IMG/VR virus record: IMGVR_UViG_3300032038_000014
Coordinates: 1 to 64,000 of that record
Reading direction: 5' to 3' (one strand)
Source: a virus
Lineage: Duplodnaviria; Heunggongvirae; Uroviricota; Caudoviricetes
Length of the DNA stretch: 64,000 nucleotides
In this document: positions 36,062 through 47,300 of the stretch, one piece after another
Position numbering within the stretch: position 1 is the first letter of the stretch
Layout: every line of letters begins with the position of its first letter
The notes under the pieces: generated by a model
Told to the model about the DNA's origin: nothing
The model's input: only the letters and a program-made list of their open reading frames with translations
Databases searched by the model: none
Position numbers and translations under genes: made by a program

Positions 36062-37060
36062 ATGGGTAATTCACTATTAGAGATTAAACCACATGAAGTA
36101 AGTAGAGATTTAAGAGGTTATTCTGTATTCTTTTATGGAGCTGCAAAAACTGGAAAAACTACAAATGCAACAAAGTTTCCAGATGCACTTCTTTTAGCTT
36201 TTGAAAAGGGTTATAATGCACTTCCTGGAATTATGGTAAAAGATATTAATTCTTGGAATGAATTTAAGAAAACTCTTTCTGAGTTAAAAGATCCAGAAGT
36301 TCAAAACACATTTAAAACAGTTATTATTGATACAGCAGATTATGCTTATCAATTCTGTGAAAAATATATATGTAATCGAGAAAGTACAGCTTCTCAAACT
36401 TATGAGAATATTGGTGATATTCCTTATGGAAAAGGATATAAACTTACCCAAGCAGAATTTGATGAAGCTATTAGAAGAATTCTCCAAATGAATTATGGTT
36501 TAGTACTTATAAGCCACGATATAGAAAAAACTGTAAAAAATGAAAAAGGAGAAGAAGTTAGTAAGTTTATTCCAACTATAGATGCTCGTGGCAGATTAGT
36601 TTGTGAAAGAACTTGTGATATTATTGGATATGCTCGTCAAATAGAAGATGAAGATGGTAATGAAAAAACTCTTCTCTTTATGAGGGGTACACCAAGATTT
36701 GATGCTGGTTCTAGATTTAAATATATTCCAGATTATATTGAGTTTACTTATGATAATCTTGTAAACGCAATTTCTGAAGCGATTGATAAAGAAGCAGCTA
36801 TGCATGATAATAAATTTGTTACAGATGAATCTATAAATAAGGCAGAACTTTATGCCGGAGAAAAAGAATATGATTTTCCTGCTCTTATGGATGAATTCCA
36901 TGAATTAGTGGGAAATCTTATGACAAAGGATCAAAGTATCGCTCCAAAAATTACTAAAATTGTTGAGAGCTATCTCGGCAAAGGTAAAAAAGTAGGCGAA
37001 TGCACTCCTGATCAAGCTGCACAGTTAGATCTTATCATATATGATTTGAAAAAACTGTAA
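36062..37060 (+). CDS. AAA_24 / Sak4-like RecA-fold ATPase
   Basis: Walker A FFYGAAKTGKTT; Walker B VIIDTAD; phage-typical position next to the helicase/primase genes. Confidence 0.55.
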   Translation: MGNSLLEIKPHEVSRDLRGYSVFFYGAAKTGKTTNATKFPDALLLAFEKGYNALPGIMVKDINSWNEFKKTLSELKDPEVQNTFKTVIIDTADYAYQFCEKYICNRESTASQTYENIGDIPYGKGYKLTQAEFDEAIRRILQMNYGLVLISHDIEKTVKNEKGEEVSKFIPTIDARGRLVCERTCDIIGYARQIEDEDGNEKTLLFMRGTPRFDAGSRFKYIPDYIEFTYDNLVNAISEAIDKEAAMHDNKFVTDESINKAELYAGEKEYDFPALMDEFHELVGNLMTKDQSIAPKITKIVESYLGKGKKVGECTPDQAAQLDLIIYDLKKL

Positions 37061-37075
37061 AGCTGTGGTTTCCAT

Positions 37076-37136
37076 CAAGTCAAGCCTTCTCGCATAGAAG
37101 ACTTGACTTGATTTTTTTATTATTTTATTGTATAAT
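37076..37136 (+). promoter_or_regulatory. Terminator hairpin plus sigma70-like promoter
   Basis: CAAGTCAAGCCTTCT...AGAAGACTTGACTTG hairpin overlapping TTGATT at 37108-37113; TATAAT at 37131-37136. Confidence 0.5.
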
Positions 37137-37159
37137 ATAATTAGAAAGGAGATTTTTGC

Positions 37160-37672
37160 ATGGCACATATCGTAACTTGCGTATATTGTAAAAAAAAGTT
37201 TGATAGAGATAAGCTTCCATTCGTACAAGTGTCACAAAGACGTTATGCTCATAAAGAGTGTGCCGAGTCAGAAACTCAAAGACTATTCAAAGAAGAAGCT
37301 GACAAACTCGCGTTAGAGAATTATATTATACAGTTATTAAAAATAGAGTATATTACTCCTAGAATAAGAAAACAATTAAATACATATATAGAACAATATG
37401 GGTATACTTATTCCGGTATGCACAAGGCTTTAATTTACTTTTATGAGATTAAAGGTAATTCAGTTGAGAAAGCAAATGGCGGAGTAGGTATAATTCCTTA
37501 TGTCTATCAAGACGCATATAATTATTACTATGCTTTGTGGGAGGCTAATCAAGCCAATAAGGAAAAGGTTATTAAGAACTATGTGCCTGAACAAATAGAG
37601 GTTACGATATCAAGCCCGCAAAGAAAACTTAAAAAAAGAAAACTATTTTCATTTTTAGATGAGGAGGAATAA
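37160..37672 (+). CDS. Zn-finger protein, possibly a helicase loader or accessory protein (170 aa)
   Basis: CVYC ... H..C motif; sits directly upstream of the DnaB-like helicase. Confidence 0.35.
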   Translation: MAHIVTCVYCKKKFDRDKLPFVQVSQRRYAHKECAESETQRLFKEEADKLALENYIIQLLKIEYITPRIRKQLNTYIEQYGYTYSGMHKALIYFYEIKGNSVEKANGGVGIIPYVYQDAYNYYYALWEANQANKEKVIKNYVPEQIEVTISSPQRKLKKRKLFSFLDEEE

Positions 37673-37675
37673 TAC

Positions 37676-39205
37676 ATGGCTAGTAAATATTATGACACAA
37701 CGGCAGTAATGCAGATTATAGGCTGTGTGTTTAATAATCCTCAACTATTGGATTATACAGATAAATATTCAATAACTGATGAAGATTTTGCAAATGAATT
37801 TCATAAAGTAATGTTTGGTGCAATTTATAAAATTCATGAGCTTGGAGCCAATGTTATAACTTTAGAAAATTTAGCAGATTTTTTCTCCACTCGACCAAAA
37901 AGTGGAGCAATTTATAAGAAAGAAAATGGTGAACAATGGATATTAAGAGTTGCAGACAATGCAATGCCAAGTTCATTTGATTTTTATTATAATAGATTGA
38001 AAAAAATGAGTTTGCTACGTGCTTATGATAATTATGGAATTGATGTATCAGATATATACGATCCCGATAATATCTTAGATACAAAGAAAAAGCAACTCCA
38101 GGAAGACATTCTTGATAATTCTACTCTGGAAGATATCGCGGCAAAGGTAGATCGGAAGATCGATGAGATTCGTTTAAAATATGTAGATGATGAATTTGGA
38201 GAGGCATCACAAGCTGGAGAAGGAATTGAAGATTTAATAGATAAATTTAAAGAACATCCAGAAGTCGGAGTTCCTCTTTATGGGCCTCTTGTAAATACAG
38301 TAACGCGTGGGGCAAGATTAAAGAAATTTTACTTGCGGTCAGCCGCTACTGGAGTCGGAAAGACGCGTTCTATGATAGCAGATGCTTGCTACATAGCTTG
38401 TAATAAAATCTATGATGAATCATTCGGTTGGATTAAAAATGGTACTTGTGAACCAACTCTATATATCACAACTGAGCAAGAACTTGATGAAATTCAGACT
38501 ATGATGTTAGCGTTCTTGTCTAATGTAGATGAAGATCATATCCTAAATGGTCATTATGAAGGAGATGAAGAAGATCGGGTACGTGAAGCCGCAAAAATTC
38601 TTAAAAATAGTCCTCTTTATATAGAAGAATTGCCAGATTTTTCTCTTAAAGATGTTGAAAATAAGATTAAGAAGAATTTGCGTGATCATGATGTTAAATA
38701 TGTTTTTCATGATTATATCCATACTAGTTTAAAGATTTTGGAAGAAATTACTCGTAGAAGTGGTGGTATTAAACTTCGTGAAGATAATATTCTATTTATG
38801 TTATCTAATAAGTTAAAAGATATATGTAATACCTATGGAGTGTTCATTATGTCTGCCACTCAATTAAATGGAGATTATCAAGACGCAAAAACTCCAGATC
38901 AAAATCTTCTTCGTGGAGCTAAAGCGATTGCAGATAAGATTGATTATGGTTCAATCTTATTAAATGTAAAAGAAGAAGATTTAGAAGCGTTAGAAACAAT
39001 TCTTGCTTCAAATATGTTTGATACTCCAACGATTAAAATGTCAGTATATAAGAATCGTCGTGGAAGATACAAAGGAGTAGTTCTATGGTGCAAAGCTGAT
39101 TTGGGAACTTGTCGAATTCAACCAATGTTTTGTACTACTTATGGATATGAAATCATTCAAATGAATGATATTAAAATTATAGTAGAGGAAGAATCAGCTT
39201 TCTAA
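37676..39205 (+). CDS. DnaB-like replicative helicase
   Basis: C-terminal RecA-like domain with Walker A RSAATGVGKTRSMIADACY, preceded by the linker/GxxxLD-like VPLYGPLVNTVTRGARL. Confidence 0.7.
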   Translation: MASKYYDTTAVMQIIGCVFNNPQLLDYTDKYSITDEDFANEFHKVMFGAIYKIHELGANVITLENLADFFSTRPKSGAIYKKENGEQWILRVADNAMPSSFDFYYNRLKKMSLLRAYDNYGIDVSDIYDPDNILDTKKKQLQEDILDNSTLEDIAAKVDRKIDEIRLKYVDDEFGEASQAGEGIEDLIDKFKEHPEVGVPLYGPLVNTVTRGARLKKFYLRSAATGVGKTRSMIADACYIACNKIYDESFGWIKNGTCEPTLYITTEQELDEIQTMMLAFLSNVDEDHILNGHYEGDEEDRVREAAKILKNSPLYIEELPDFSLKDVENKIKKNLRDHDVKYVFHDYIHTSLKILEEITRRSGGIKLREDNILFMLSNKLKDICNTYGVFIMSATQLNGDYQDAKTPDQNLLRGAKAIADKIDYGSILLNVKEEDLEALETILASNMFDTPTIKMSVYKNRRGRYKGVVLWCKADLGTCRIQPMFCTTYGYEIIQMNDIKIIVEEESAF

Positions 39206-40311
39206 TGATTGCTTATAATAAAAAAGAAATTCGAGATCAACTCGAAACTGAACATATATTTGAATTATTACAAGAATGGGGCGGAGAGCCAGAATATACT
39301 AATTTTGGTATTTTATCCGCCACCATTTGTCATAATGAGCCAGGAGTAGGAAGTCGTAAACTGTATTACTATAATAACTCTGGATTGTTCAGATGTTATA
39401 CAGGGTGCGATTCCTTCTTTGATGTGTTTGAACTCTGTTCAAAAGTTCAAAAGATTCAATTTAATAGAGATTTTGATTTGAATGATTCGGTTCGCTGGAT
39501 TGCGCAAAGATTTGGAATCTCTGGATCAGTAGAAGATAATAGTGTTGATTCAGAATTAGAAGATTGGAAAACTCTTGCAGGTTATGATAGAATAAAAGAT
39601 GTAACTTTAAAAGTTACTCCAGAAGTAGTATTAAAAGAATATGATGATAAGATTTTAGATAATTTTAATTATCGAATTAAGATTGCTCCTTGGTTACATG
39701 AAGGAATTACTCAAGAGGCTTTAAATGAAGCAAGAATTGGTTTTTATCCAGGAGGCGATCAAATAACAATACCACACTTTGATGAAAATGGTAGATTTAT
39801 AGGCCTACGTGGACGAACTCTTTGTAAAGAAGAAGCAGACCTATATGGAAAGTATCGTCCACTTAAAATTTGCGGCCAGGCATACAATCATCCATTGGGC
39901 ATGAATTTGTACAATTATAACCAGGCTAAAGAGAATATTAAAACGATGGAAAAAGCTATCGTTTTTGAGGGAGAAAAAAGTGTTTTAAAATATAAATCAT
40001 ATTTTGGAATTAACAACGATATTTCAGTTGCTTGTTGCGGCAGTAGCGTTTCTAATTATCAGATACATATGCTGCAGAGAGCCGGTGCTAAGGAAATAAT
40101 TATAGCATTTGATAGACAATTTCAAGAGATAGGAGATATAGAATATAAACATTTAACAAAGAATTTATTAAAATTAGCTAATAAATATAGAAATGAAGTT
40201 GTAATATCTTGTATCTTTGATAAAAATATGATTACGGGATATAAAGATTCACCTATAGACTGCGGAAAAGAAACATTTTTGAAATTATTTAAAGAAAGAA
40301 TTGTATTATAA
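39205..40311 (+). CDS. DnaG-type primase (TOPRIM)
   Basis: TOPRIM E...DxD: IVFEGEKSV ... IIIAFDRQ; translationally coupled to the helicase gene. Confidence 0.65.
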   Translation: MIAYNKKEIRDQLETEHIFELLQEWGGEPEYTNFGILSATICHNEPGVGSRKLYYYNNSGLFRCYTGCDSFFDVFELCSKVQKIQFNRDFDLNDSVRWIAQRFGISGSVEDNSVDSELEDWKTLAGYDRIKDVTLKVTPEVVLKEYDDKILDNFNYRIKIAPWLHEGITQEALNEARIGFYPGGDQITIPHFDENGRFIGLRGRTLCKEEADLYGKYRPLKICGQAYNHPLGMNLYNYNQAKENIKTMEKAIVFEGEKSVLKYKSYFGINNDISVACCGSSVSNYQIHMLQRAGAKEIIIAFDRQFQEIGDIEYKHLTKNLLKLANKYRNEVVISCIFDKNMITGYKDSPIDCGKETFLKLFKERIVL

Positions 40312-40342
40312 AGAGGTGAATGTATGAAAGGAGAATGAGAAC

Positions 40343-42118
40343 ATGAATTATCAATTGATAACACCACTGCTCCCACTCAAAGATGAATATACTGTGGTAG
40401 AACGGGTGTTCGCAGCAAGGGGAATACCCCCAGAACAATTAGATCATTATTTACACACTTCAGTAGAAGATATAATTGATCCAGCTACCATTGACAGAAT
40501 TGACGATGGTATTAAAATGTTAATATCGCATATTTCAAATGAAGATAGAATATTTATTCAAGTTGATAGTGATTGCGATGGATATACATCAGCAGCACTA
40601 TTAATTAATTATATAAATGCATTATTTCCTGGATTTGCTCAAAATAATATCGTATACAGTCTTCATGAAGGGAAACAGCATGGACTTGCAGATGCTACCA
40701 TTCCCGCAGACATAAAATTAGTTATTGCTCCGGATTCAAGTTCTAATGATTATGAAATTCATAAAAAATTGCATGACGCTGGAGTAGATGTATTAGTAAT
40801 TGATCACCATGAAGCTGAAAAAATTTCAGAGGATGCTTGTGTAATTAATAATCAACTTTGTGATTATCCAACTAAATCTCTTTCCGGAGTTGGTATGGTT
40901 TACAAGTTTTGTTGCCGAATAGATCAGGTTATGGGAGGAGATTTAGCGAATGAATTTCTTGACTTAGTGGCTCTTGGACTTATTGGAGATATGATGGATG
41001 TCCGAGATTTTGAAACAAAAGAATTAATTGAAAGAGGATTAAATGGTCGCATTAGAAATCCATTCTTTAGACAAATGAATTCTGTTCAAAATTATTCTAT
41101 TTCAAAAGCAGGAGGTCTTAATCCTTTCTCTATTGGATTTTATATAGCTCCAGCCATTAATGCTATGAACCGCTTTGGCAGTCAAGAACAGAAAAAGTTA
41201 TTGTTTGATTCTATGCTAGAATTTAAAGCATATGAAATGATTCCTTCAACTAAAAGAGGGTGTCGCGGTCAGTTTGAAACGAGAGTAGAACAAGCATGTC
41301 GAACAGCAACTACTGTTAAAAGACAGCAAGATAAAACCGTTGAAGCAAGCTGTGAAGTAATTGAAAGAATTATTAAAGAAAAAGGCTTATTAAAGAATAA
41401 ACTGTTAATTATAACTCTGGATAAAAGTCATGCTATAAATAGAAATTTAACTGGTTTAATTGCTAATAAGTTTTGTGCAAAATATCAGCGTCCTACTATT
41501 CTACTAATGGAGTCAAAAGATAAAGAAACTGAAAAGTTGCTCTGGTCAGGTTCTGGTCGTGGATATGTAACTGCAGATTTTAATGATTTACGAACTTTTT
41601 GTAAAGAATCCGGTCTTTGTGCCTTAGCAGAAGGTCACGCTAATGCATGTGGAATTATAATTGAAGATGCAAAACTTGCACAATTTATTGATTATTCAAA
41701 TGCAAAACTTGCAGATTGTGAATTTACACCTTGCACTCTTGTAGACTTCATATGGCATGGATATGATTTTTCAAGCCATGATGTATTAGCTATTGCAGAA
41801 CTTGATTCATTATGGGGTCAAAGCTTACCTCGTCCAATAATATGTTTGGAAGACTTACATATTACTCCTGCTAATATTACTTTAATGTCTAGGGATAAAA
41901 AACCTACTTTAAAGATAACTTTATCTAATGGAGTAAGTATTATAAAATTTGGTTCATCTGTAGATGAATATGAATCTCTTACAAATGTTCCAGATGGCGG
42001 AAGTGTTATTTTAAATATTATAGGAAAGTGTGCTATAAATGAATGGAATGGTATTATTACTCCGCAGATTCTTACAGATGAAATGGAAGTTGTTGGGCAG
42101 ACAATGTATTATTTCTGA
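40343..42118 (+). CDS. DHH-family phosphoesterase (RecJ-like exonuclease)
   Basis: DHH motifs QVDSDCDGYTSAALL, APDSSSND, VIDHHE. Confidence 0.7.
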   Translation: MNYQLITPLLPLKDEYTVVERVFAARGIPPEQLDHYLHTSVEDIIDPATIDRIDDGIKMLISHISNEDRIFIQVDSDCDGYTSAALLINYINALFPGFAQNNIVYSLHEGKQHGLADATIPADIKLVIAPDSSSNDYEIHKKLHDAGVDVLVIDHHEAEKISEDACVINNQLCDYPTKSLSGVGMVYKFCCRIDQVMGGDLANEFLDLVALGLIGDMMDVRDFETKELIERGLNGRIRNPFFRQMNSVQNYSISKAGGLNPFSIGFYIAPAINAMNRFGSQEQKKLLFDSMLEFKAYEMIPSTKRGCRGQFETRVEQACRTATTVKRQQDKTVEASCEVIERIIKEKGLLKNKLLIITLDKSHAINRNLTGLIANKFCAKYQRPTILLMESKDKETEKLLWSGSGRGYVTADFNDLRTFCKESGLCALAEGHANACGIIIEDAKLAQFIDYSNAKLADCEFTPCTLVDFIWHGYDFSSHDVLAIAELDSLWGQSLPRPIICLEDLHITPANITLMSRDKKPTLKITLSNGVSIIKFGSSVDEYESLTNVPDGGSVILNIIGKCAINEWNGIITPQILTDEMEVVGQTMYYF

Positions 42119-42287
42119 TTTTTTATCGAAACTTGGGATCTTTAAGACTGAGTCGGCCGGTGCCAGTCCAGAACATCGTGAGCCAGAACAAGAATTGGTT
42201 TTAGAAATTTTTGAACCAATTAGTTGGTTTAAATATTTTACAGATTCAGAAGGGTATATAATTGGAGAAAACCCTTATTGGAAAGGT

Positions 42288-42316
42288 TTGAAAAACAATA
42301 AATAATATGTTATAAT
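42288..42316 (+). promoter_or_regulatory. Sigma70-like promoter
   Basis: TTTGAA/TTGAAA at 42288-42293, 17 bp spacer, TGTTATAAT. Confidence 0.45.
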
Positions 42317-42336
42317 ATAATATATAGGAGAAAAAT

Positions 42337-42507
42337 ATGTTCAATTCAGATCCTCACTATTTCAAGGGAATTGATGGAAAATATTATGTTACAAAGATCA
42401 GTCTTTCTGGTCAATATGAAACATTTTTAATTACAGACAAGGCTCAACAAGAATTATTAAAAGATAGTGAAGAATTTAGAAAATTTTTTGAGGAATATAA
42501 ACAATGA
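42337..42507 (+). CDS. Hypothetical small protein (56 aa), not in the ORF track
   Basis: TAGGAG RBS, ATG at 42337; the stop overlaps the helicase ATG (ATGA). Confidence 0.4.
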   Translation: MFNSDPHYFKGIDGKYYVTKISLSGQYETFLITDKAQQELLKDSEEFRKFFEEYKQ

Positions 42508-43691
42508 CTTTAACTAAGAAACAGGAAGAGGGTTTAAACATAGCAATAGAACGACATAAACTTGGCGAGAAGTATACAGTCATTAGCGGCTATGCCGGTA
42601 CTGGTAAATCTACTCTCGTTAAGTTTATAATTGCGGCCTTGGATGTCCAACCGGACAGAGTGGCATATGCGAGCTTCACAGGCAAGGCCGCAGAAGTTCT
42701 TCGTAAAAAAGGCAATAAAAATTCGATGACAATGCATCGCCTTCTTTATGAGAGTATTCCAAAACCAGGAGGCGGGTTTTTTCATAAACCAAAACCTCAT
42801 CTTGATTATGATATTGTAGTAGTTGATGAGATTTCAATGGTGCCAAAAAAATTAGTTGACCAGTTATTCAAACATAAAATTTATGTTATTTGCCTTGGTG
42901 ACCCGTTCCAGCTTCCTCCAGTAGATAAAGATGAAGATAATCACCTTTTGGATAATCCTCACATTTTTCTTGATGAAATTGTGCGTCAAGAAGAAAATTC
43001 AGAGATTATTCAATTGACAATGAAAATTCGTGAACAGAAACCTCTTGAACTTTATAAAGGTAGTGAGGTACAAATTCTTCCTAAATCTAGTCTCAACACT
43101 GGAATGTTAATGTGGGGTGACCAGATTATTACTGCTACTAATTCCAAGCGTACTTCTATTAATAATCAAGTTCGTACATTACTTGGAAAGGGAACTCAAC
43201 CAGAAGATGGTGATAAGATTATTTGTTTGCGGAACTACTGGGAAAGCTTCAATGATGCAGGAGACCCATTGGTAAATGGAACAATAGGTATTTTAACCAA
43301 TAGTTATCCAGACGTTGTTAAAATCCCTCCTTTTGTTGCAAGAGATAGTAAAGTTAAACAGTTTGATGTTTTATATGGAGACTTTTGTGCAAATGATAGT
43401 GTCTATCCTATGATAGATATTGATCGTAATATGCTTCTTACGGGAGAGAAATGTTGTGATTGGAGGCTCTCTTATAAGCTGGGAAAATTAAGACCTCGAA
43501 TTGGCGACATCATACCTAAAGAATTTGCTTATGGATACGCGATTACCGCACATAAGAGTCAAGGTTCTGAATGGGATAAAGTCTTGGTAATTGAAGAAAA
43601 TTTCCCGTTCGTTCCTATTGAACATGCTCGATGGTTATATACAGCTGCAACTCGAGCAGTTAATAAATTAGTAATAATAAGGAATTATTAA
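42504..43691 (+). CDS. SF1 RecD/Dda-like DNA helicase
   Basis: Walker A SGYAGTGKST, Walker B VVVDEISM, motif V/VI AITAHKSQGSEWDKV. Confidence 0.75.
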   Translation: MTLTKKQEEGLNIAIERHKLGEKYTVISGYAGTGKSTLVKFIIAALDVQPDRVAYASFTGKAAEVLRKKGNKNSMTMHRLLYESIPKPGGGFFHKPKPHLDYDIVVVDEISMVPKKLVDQLFKHKIYVICLGDPFQLPPVDKDEDNHLLDNPHIFLDEIVRQEENSEIIQLTMKIREQKPLELYKGSEVQILPKSSLNTGMLMWGDQIITATNSKRTSINNQVRTLLGKGTQPEDGDKIICLRNYWESFNDAGDPLVNGTIGILTNSYPDVVKIPPFVARDSKVKQFDVLYGDFCANDSVYPMIDIDRNMLLTGEKCCDWRLSYKLGKLRPRIGDIIPKEFAYGYAITAHKSQGSEWDKVLVIEENFPFVPIEHARWLYTAATRAVNKLVIIRNY

Positions 43692-43692
43692 T

Positions 43693-44334
43693 ATGAATAA
43701 AGTAGTAACAATAGATTTTGATATTATAATGTCTCCTAGTATATTTTTATATAATGATTATGTGCCAAGAAGTACATGGGATTTTTTATTAAATAATCCT
43801 TATGACCCTAATATGCATTTATTGAGAATTAATGCAAATTATTATCAACGACTTTTTAATTTTGTAATGGAATGTACAAAAGTATTACCTGCTAATAAAA
43901 TTCATTTTTGTGAAGATCATGGGCAAACAGTAGATTTCATTACAGAAAAAAGTGATGTGGTTAATATTGATTTTCATCATGATTTAGGATATCCTAATGG
44001 CGGAGATCATATTAATATAGACGAATGTCCAACTTGTGCAAATTGGGTATATTACTTAAATGATAAAAATTTGCTTAATTCTTATGTTTGGATTCATGAT
44101 ATAGATAGATGGGATGATCCTTTAGAAGAAAATCAAATTGATTATTTAGACTATAATTTAGAAGAGTTTGATTTAGCTACTTTATTTCCAATAGATGAAT
44201 TAGTTATTGTATTATCAGAACCTTGGGTACCTCCATATATTCAACCTCTTTATTTTACACTAATGGATTATTGTCAAAGTTATTATTTTAAAAATTTTGA
44301 TTATATACAAGGCACTTATTTAGATACTCACTAA
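43693..44334 (+). CDS. Unknown-family protein, paralog A of 55180..55809 (D-x-D ... DFHHD motif protein)
   Basis: Shares IDFDIIM-P-I-LYND-V, NIDFHHDLGY, CxxW, and EPWVPPY motifs with the minus-strand paralog. Confidence 0.5.
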   Translation: MNKVVTIDFDIIMSPSIFLYNDYVPRSTWDFLLNNPYDPNMHLLRINANYYQRLFNFVMECTKVLPANKIHFCEDHGQTVDFITEKSDVVNIDFHHDLGYPNGGDHINIDECPTCANWVYYLNDKNLLNSYVWIHDIDRWDDPLEENQIDYLDYNLEEFDLATLFPIDELVIVLSEPWVPPYIQPLYFTLMDYCQSYYFKNFDYIQGTYLDTH

Positions 44335-44335
44335 A

Positions 44336-44363
44336 TTTACAAAAATAAAAAAATATAGTATAA
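44336..44363 (+). promoter_or_regulatory. Sigma70-like promoter upstream of the polymerase gene
   Basis: TTTACA at 44336-44341, 16 bp spacer, TAGTATAAT. Confidence 0.4.
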
Positions 44364-44382
44364 TAAAAAGAAAAGGAATATT

Positions 44383-47300
44383 ATGCAAAAATATTTTAAT
44401 TGCCATAATCATACTGAGTATTCAAACATTCGATTAATTGATTGTATTAATCGACCAAAAGATTTAATAAATAAAGCAATAGAATTAGGGCTTAGTGGCA
44501 TTGCGATAACAGACCATGAGGCCCTCTGTTCGCATGTAGAAGTAAATAAAATTGCGGCTAAATTAAGAGAAACGAATCCAGATTTTACAATTGCTCTTGG
44601 AAATGAAATTTATCTTACAGATACAAGAGAAAAGGGTCAAAGATATTGGCACTTCATTTTGATCGCTAAAGATGCAATTGGGCACAAGGCACTTCGTGAA
44701 CTTAGTTCAACTGCATGGTTTAATATGTATGCAGACAGAGGTCAGCAAAGAGTACCGACTCTTAAGTCTGAACTTGTAGAAATTGTAAACAAGTATCCTG
44801 GTCACTTAATAGCAACGAGCGCATGTATTGGTGGAGAATTATCTGCAAATGCATTTTTGAAATCACAAGCGCTTGAAGTTAATGATCAAGTAAATGCAAA
44901 TAGATTTGAACAGAATATTGATAACTTTATGAAATTCTGTACTGATTTATTTGGAGACGATTTTTATATTGAATGCGCGCCGTCGTCTAGTGACGACCAG
45001 GTGTCTGTAAATAAAGAATTATTAAAGATAGCGAAAAAGTGGAGCGTAAAGATGACAGTGGGCACAGACTCACATTATCTTACAGCTGCGGATCGTCCAG
45101 TTCATAAAGCGTATCTTAACTCTAAAGATGGAGAAAGAGAAGTTGATGCTTTCTACAGTTTTACTTACTTGATGGATAGTCAGGAGGTAGACAAACTATT
45201 ACGGTTTAGTTTTGACTTTGATACAATTAATTGGATCTTAGCTACGAGTTTAGAAATTCAGCAAAAGATAGAGTTTTATTCTTTATTCCATAAACAGGAT
45301 ATTCCTTATGTAGAAGTAAAAGATTATCCAAAGGGTGGAGGCTGGATGCTTGAACATCTTGATTCATATGAAGATAAATATGACCATCTTAAAAATATGT
45401 TAGTAGATGATGATGTTCAAAATAGATATTGGATAAATGAATGTCTTAATAAGTTAAACGATATTGACAAGTTTAATGAAGAATATCTTAATGAACTTGA
45501 AGAAGAAGCTAGGGTCAAGAGCGTAATTAGTGAAAAGCTTGAAACTAATATGTTCCGTTATCCTAACACTCTTCAGCATTATATTGATTTGATTTGGGAT
45601 TGTGGTTCAATGGTAGGAGCTGGACGTGGTTCAAGCTGTGCCGCACTTAACCATTATCTTATGGGTATTACGCAGCTCGATCCGATTGAATGGAATCTTC
45701 CATTCTTCCGTTATCTTAATGATGAGCGTGTAGAACTTGGTGATATTGATATCGACATATGTCCATCAAAGAGACCAATGATTCTTCAGAAGATTAGAGA
45801 AGAGCGTGCTCTAATGTTTAAGGAAGAGATTGCGGGCTGGGCTAAAGAGCATTTAGGCTGCACCCTTATCTCTACATTTGGAACAGAAGGTACAAAATCT
45901 GCTGTCTTAACTGCATGCCGTGGTTATAGAAGTGAAGACTATCCCGATGGAATTGAAATTGATGAAGCGCAATTTATGTCTTCATTGATTCCTCAAGAGC
46001 GTGGTTTTTTATGGTCTATTAAAGATGTAGTATATGGTGATAAAGATAAAGGTCGCCGTCCAGTTCAAGCGTTTATTAGAGAAGTAGAAAAATATCCAGG
46101 TCTTCTTGATATTATAGTTGCAATTGAAGGTCTAGTTAATAAAAGAAGTTCTCATGCTTCTGGAGTTATTTTATTTGATGGAGATCCATTTGAACATAGT
46201 GCGTTTATGAAAACTCCTCATGGAGAAATTATTACACAGTTCAATCTGCATGATGCAGAGTTTATGGGATTAACAAAGTATGACTTCCTGGTAACAGAAG
46301 TTCAAGACAAATTAGTTCAAGCAATTAAATTAATGCAAGCTGATAATGTTTTGGAACCAAATTTATCATTAAGAGCAATTTATGATAAGTACTTCCATCC
46401 AAATGTAATTCCTTTAGAAGATCCAAAGATTTGGGAGGCTCTTGGAAATGTATCTGTTTTAAACACATTCCAGTTTGATTCTCAGGTTGGAGCACAAGCT
46501 GCAAAAAAGATTCGTCCACATAATGTATTAGAAATGGCCGATGCAAATGGTTTGATGCGTCTAATGGGAGAAGAAGGACAAGAGCGTCCACTAGATAAAT
46601 ATGTAAGGTTTAAAAGAAATATTGGTCTTTGGTATAAAGAAATGACCAACTTTGGTTTGACAAAAGAAGAACAAAAATATCTTGAACCTTACTTTAAAAG
46701 CTCATATGGAGTTCCACCAAGTCAGGAGCAGCTTATGAGAATGTTGATGGATGAACATATTTGTAACTTCTCATTGGGTGAAGCAAATGCGGCTCGTAAA
46801 ATAGTTGGTAAGAAACAGATGTCAAAGATTCCAGAATTGAAAAAACAAGTTCTGGAAAGGGCGTCAAGTGCAAAATTAGGCGAGTATGTGTGGCGTTTTG
46901 GAGCAGGCCCGCAGATGGGTTATTCGTTCTCTGTAATTCATGCGTTAGCATATAGTTTCATTGGAGTGCAAACTTTATACATCGCAACAAATTGGAATCC
47001 AATTTATTGGAATACAGCTTGTTTGATTGTTAACTCTGGTGCAACTGATCCAGAGAACGGAGGAGCAACTGATTATTCCAAAATTGCAAAAGCGATGGGA
47101 GATATTATTGGTGCAGGAATTAAAATTAGTCTGGTAGATATTAATAAGTCTGGATATGGTTTTGAACCAGATGCAGAAAATAATCAGATTCTGTATGGAA
47201 TGAAAGCGATGTTAAATGTTGGTGATGATATTATTGATTCAACAATTAACAATCGTCCATATGTATCTCCAAAAGACTTTTTAAATAAAGTAAAGCCAAA

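Noticed and set aside
42039-42305. 88-aa ORF overlapping the 3' end of the DHH gene
   Set aside because: Most of it is out-of-frame overlap with the DHH phosphoesterase. The intergenic part (42119-42300) carries a promoter-like element instead.
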